A stretch of 62,772 bases of DNA, counting the filler, from Chrysochromulina tobinii (lineage: Eukaryota): assembly GCA_001275005.1 (NCBI GenBank). It is 7 parts of 7 records of this genome, joined end to end, with 100 filler letters (N's around TTAATTAATTAA, not from the genome) between each part and the next. Parts side by side here need not be neighbours in the genome. Positions count along the whole stretch, not along the records: positions 60,972 to 62,772 come from JWZX01001151.1; 6 more parts are not named here. One strand, 5' to 3'. A program made the position numbers and the translations under genes. Of this stretch, positions 60,972 to 62,772 are shown piece after piece. Every line of letters begins with the position of its first letter. Position 1 is the first letter of the stretch. Under the pieces are notes generated by a model. That model was not told the DNA's origin and ran no database searches. It worked only from the letters and a program-made list of their open reading frames with translations.

Positions 60972-62772
60972 CAAGTTTGGCAACCTGATCCTCGCCAACG
61001 TCGCGACGCACCCTGGCATCCGCATCGACACCTGCAGCAGCGGCGGCAGCGCCGCGCCGACCATTGGTTCGGTGCTGCCGGCGTCGTCGGTGTCACTTAA
61101 CGATTACCTGTTCTTCTCGTCGAACAACATCATCGAGGGCCCCACCGCCGGCTTCACCATTGTGTCGCCATGCACTGGCACGGCGCCGGCCTTTGTCAAC
61201 ACGAATCCGCTCATCTCAGGAGGCACGTTCACCGAGACCAGCACGTCTCCGATCGACCCGCGCCCCGCGTGCGGCTCGGCCGCGTACTCGAACGTCGACC
61301 CGGTGCCCACCGACGACGCCTTTTTCAGCCCGACCACGTACAAGGGCGCGTTCGGCAGCGTCAACTGGCTCGATGGCTGGTCGTTCTTCAACCTGCCCAA
61401 CCGCCCGGGCTTTGTCAGGACCAGCTTCACCTGCCCCACGGTCCCGGGCGCATCGGCCCAGAGCAATACCGTCTACCGGCTCACATGGGTCGGCGACTAC
61501 CAGACCGGAGCCTGGGACACGGATGCGGCCGAGAACATCGCCTTCGATCCCGTGCGTGCGCGTGCGTTCATCGCGTCCGCCGAGAGTGGCACCGTTAAGG
61601 TTGTCAGTGTGGCCAATCCGACGGACATCGCTGGTGCGCGGGCGCCGTTCACGGGCACAGATTCGCACGCGCCCCTACACAGAGCACACAAGCACCCGAG
61701 AACCTCGGACCCTGACCCTCAACCCTGACACCCACACGCGTTCTGTGCCCCGTGTCTCGCAGAGATTGGCACGCTGAACGTCGGCGCCAACCTCAACACG
61801 TACTGCCAGGTGACGACCTGCATCTACCAGAACATGGACTATGGCGGCTGGGCCAGCCCGTGCGGCTACGCACCCATGCTCCGCATCACCATGAACGGCG
61901 CCGTCGTGACCTCCGCGGGGGTCCAGACGCGTGTCCTCCCGCTGCAGCTCACTCTCACCCCTCGTGCCAACGGCCTGACGTTCGCCGGTGTGCTGAACAA
62001 CTCGTACTACGCCGCGCCCTTCACCCTGCCCGGGATTGTCACCGACGGCGGCTCGGCGTACTCGTACCAAACCAACATCACCCTCGACTCGGCCGCCAAA
62101 TGCCAGGAGCTCTGCCGCAACATGTTTGGCTGCGCCTACTGGTCGTACGAGTTCGAGTACCAGCCGGCCATGCGCGGCTGGGTGCACGAGTGCTTCCAAA
62201 AGTCCGAATACGTCGCGTCGCAGATCCCCGCCGGGTTCACGCTCGCGAGCTGCCACCACTACACCATGTGGGAGAGCGGGCCCGAGTGGGACATGCACTT
62301 CGAAGACCAGTACTGGGTGGGCGCTGGCGGCCCCGCCAACTGCGGCACCTTCCGCGCGGACTCGGTGCAGTCGGTCGCCGTCGCCAACGTGCCGGGCTTC
62401 GCGAATGCGATCGTCGTCGCCGCGTCGCCCTCCGAGTACCACTTCGCGCCGGGCGCCCTGTCCTTTTACGATGCGGCGACCCTCACCTACATGGGCTGCG
62501 CGGCCACGGGCGTCAAGCCCGAGGGCATCGCCAGCTTCGGCTCCTTGGTCGCCTGCATCGACGAGGGCTCTCACGAGATCGAGCTGTGCGGCCCTGGCCA
62601 GATCGCGCAGGGCCGGTGCACGTCCGCCTACCTGAACAAGCCCCTCCTGAGCTTCAACCGGCACATGGCGCTCGACCAGCGGGGCTCGATGACCATGTGC
62701 CAGCTGACTCCGGCGGGCGGCTCGGTCGCCATCGGCTGCACGGTGTACCACGTCAACTCGACCAACTTTGTG
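60972..62772 (+). CDS. Partial large secreted protein: bacterial-lipoprotein-like motif + choice-of-anchor-I-type beta-propeller (phosphatase-associated) with PAN/Apple insert; intron 61634-61762
   Basis: FFSPTTYKGAFGSVNWLDGWS and GAWDTDAAENIAFDP. The second exon (not in the ORF track, open to the window end) reads AAKCQELCRNMFGCAYWSY...ECFQK...SVQSVAV...ALSFYDAATL...TGVKPE...IDEGS...DQRGSMTM. Confidence 0.65.

Overview
This window is not one contiguous locus. It is seven GC-rich eukaryotic contigs (1-8856, 8957-13450, 13551-24480, 24581-39228, 39329-56880, 56981-60871, 60972-62772) joined by artificial 100-nt N/TTAATTAATTAA/N spacers. GT-AG introns, a eukaryotic selenocysteine elongation factor, probable bipartite plastid presequences and microsatellite-filled introns point to a secondary-plastid alga. 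A haptophyte such as Chrysochromulina or a relative is my inference. Recognisable genes: a SLOG(LSDAT)-SLATT-SLATT fusion, two GT8 glycosyltransferases, a fucosyltransferase-like protein, eEFSec, an SLC35F-type transporter, a membrane histidine kinase with 31 x 21-aa coiled-coil repeats and a duplicated H-box, an ABCG half-transporter, a signal peptidase I, an EF-hand/ZU5 protein, an ABHD11-like hydrolase, a ~1700-aa propeller-LRR-EGF surface protein, a divergent F1-alpha-like protein, a Sel1-RING protein, a PDZ-OSCA/TMEM63 channel, a tandem sulfotransferase-like membrane protein and a choice-of-anchor-I-type protein. There are also non-LTR retrotransposon remnants, a DUF2961/GH172-like remnant, a pseudogene and several small palindromic or duplicated elements. 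The most notable signals are four. (1) A bacterial-conflict-type SLOG-SLATT effector as an intron-containing eukaryotic gene. (2) An intron whose 5' end duplicates the start of the next exon and which belongs to a family of GATTGCC/GAGTGCC repeat introns, suggesting intron birth. (3) The giant-repeat histidine kinase. (4) An RT-less restriction-like endonuclease ORF with a long novel extension. All family calls come from motif recognition by eye; no searches were run.
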